Shown here one piece after another: positions 63,068-64,000 of a stretch of DNA of 64,000 bases. A program made the translations under genes and the position numbers. This stretch comes from Vicugna vicugna. Taxonomy: Eukaryota. The stretch is taken from positions 1,158,963 through 1,222,962 of the forward strand of contig MU058781.1 in NCBI GenBank assembly GCA_013265495.1, given 5' to 3'. The notes beneath the pieces are model-generated. The model saw only the letters and a list, made by a program, of their open reading frames with translations, did no database searches and was not told the DNA's origin. How positions within the stretch are numbered: the first letter of the stretch is position 1; each line of letters opens with the position of its first letter.

Positions 63068-64000
63068 ACATGAGAACAGTGCTTTAAAAAAAGGTTATAG
63101 GCAACTGAGAAGCAGATTGCCAAGAGGACCACACTAAGAGAGTCAGCCACGCCCACGACATGACCTCTGCTCCCAGTCAGTGAATTTCGCGTGTCGTTTC
63201 TACCCCCTCACTCTCCACCTTCCTGTTATTGTAAAGCTTTGCACAAAATAGAAAACTGCTTCCTTCTGGCAACTTTTCAGATTCTTCCGTATGTCATGCA
63301 TTTTGGAAGCACCTGAAATGCTAGTCTCCGAGCAAGTCTCCAAGGAGAGGGCAACTTTCCCCAAACTAGGCATTTTACTTTTCTGAAACGGTATAAAGTG
63401 TGAAGAATCTCGCCTGTGTCTCCCTCTAGAACCTGGGAGGAATTGTAATTTTGAAAACCAAGCCATTCTCTAAGTTGCTTGGAGCTGCAAGGTCAACGCT
63501 TGGGAGCACTCGTGTGTGCTGCAACACGCGCTTCTGCACCATCGTCTCGTAATTACCTCTCCTGTGGAAGGCTAGCCGGACATCTGCCCACAGGCACTGT
63601 CATACCAACATGGTGAACTTTCTGCATCATAGCTGCACTTTTAGAACAGTAACTATCCAAAAGAAAAGGATCTACATTCATTACTATAGTTATATTAATT
63701 GTACCACTCAATGATTTTTTTTTTTTGCATTTTACATTAATCATGTTAGGTAATAGAATGATGCTTATTTGAAAAAAGAAAAAGTCACTTTGTTAATCCA
63801 ATGTCTTAATGGTAAGGAGCATCTGAGTTAATTTAATTTAGAAAAGCAAAGGCAATACTTGGGTCATCGGGTCAATTTAAGAAAAATGTGGTTTAAGAAA
63901 AATATGTGGGTCATTTCCCATTGCATTCTTAGTTTTCAATATCCTGACTCAGTATCAGGCCATGTTAGCCAATCATTCCATTTGGTCTCAAAGCCTGCTG

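Noticed and set aside
1..64000. CRISPR arrays, operons, prokaryotic defence systems, rRNA/snRNA genes, processed pseudogenes, NUMTs
   Set aside because: None seen; the sequence is repeat-rich mammalian intronic/intergenic DNA with no repeat-spacer arrays or long intact ORFs.

Overview
Eukaryotic (mammalian) genomic DNA, most likely a camelid draft assembly. The taxon call rests on a vic-1-type tRNA-derived SINE, artiodactyl/camelid-type L1 3' ends and the absence of any obvious Alu or BovB/Bov-A. There are two N gaps (5059-5102, 46973-47047). The window is almost entirely non-coding: interspersed repeats (L1, L2, MIR, MaLR/ERVL LTRs, hAT and Tigger elements, microsatellites) separated by unique sequence with two CpG-rich islands (~28.8 kb, ~36 kb) and several enhancer-like blocks. 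None of the six-frame ORFs is a credible single-exon gene. The best gene signal is a pair of phase-compatible minus-strand exons at the left edge (3003-3213, 105-228). They encode an N-terminus with a signal-peptide-like segment and run out of the window; I could not name the gene. Other notable items are a candidate plus-strand first exon in the 28.8 kb island, two 5'-inverted (twin-primed) L1 insertions with target-site duplications, a decayed ERVL provirus (LTR + tRNA-Ser PBS + RNase H remnant) with a nested MaLR, and ancient repeat relics (MER121-like, AmnSINE1/MIR1_Amn-like). I found no convincing previously undescribed biological system. Repeat subfamily names come from remembered consensus sequences and need RepeatMasker/Dfam confirmation; most repeat boundaries are approximate.
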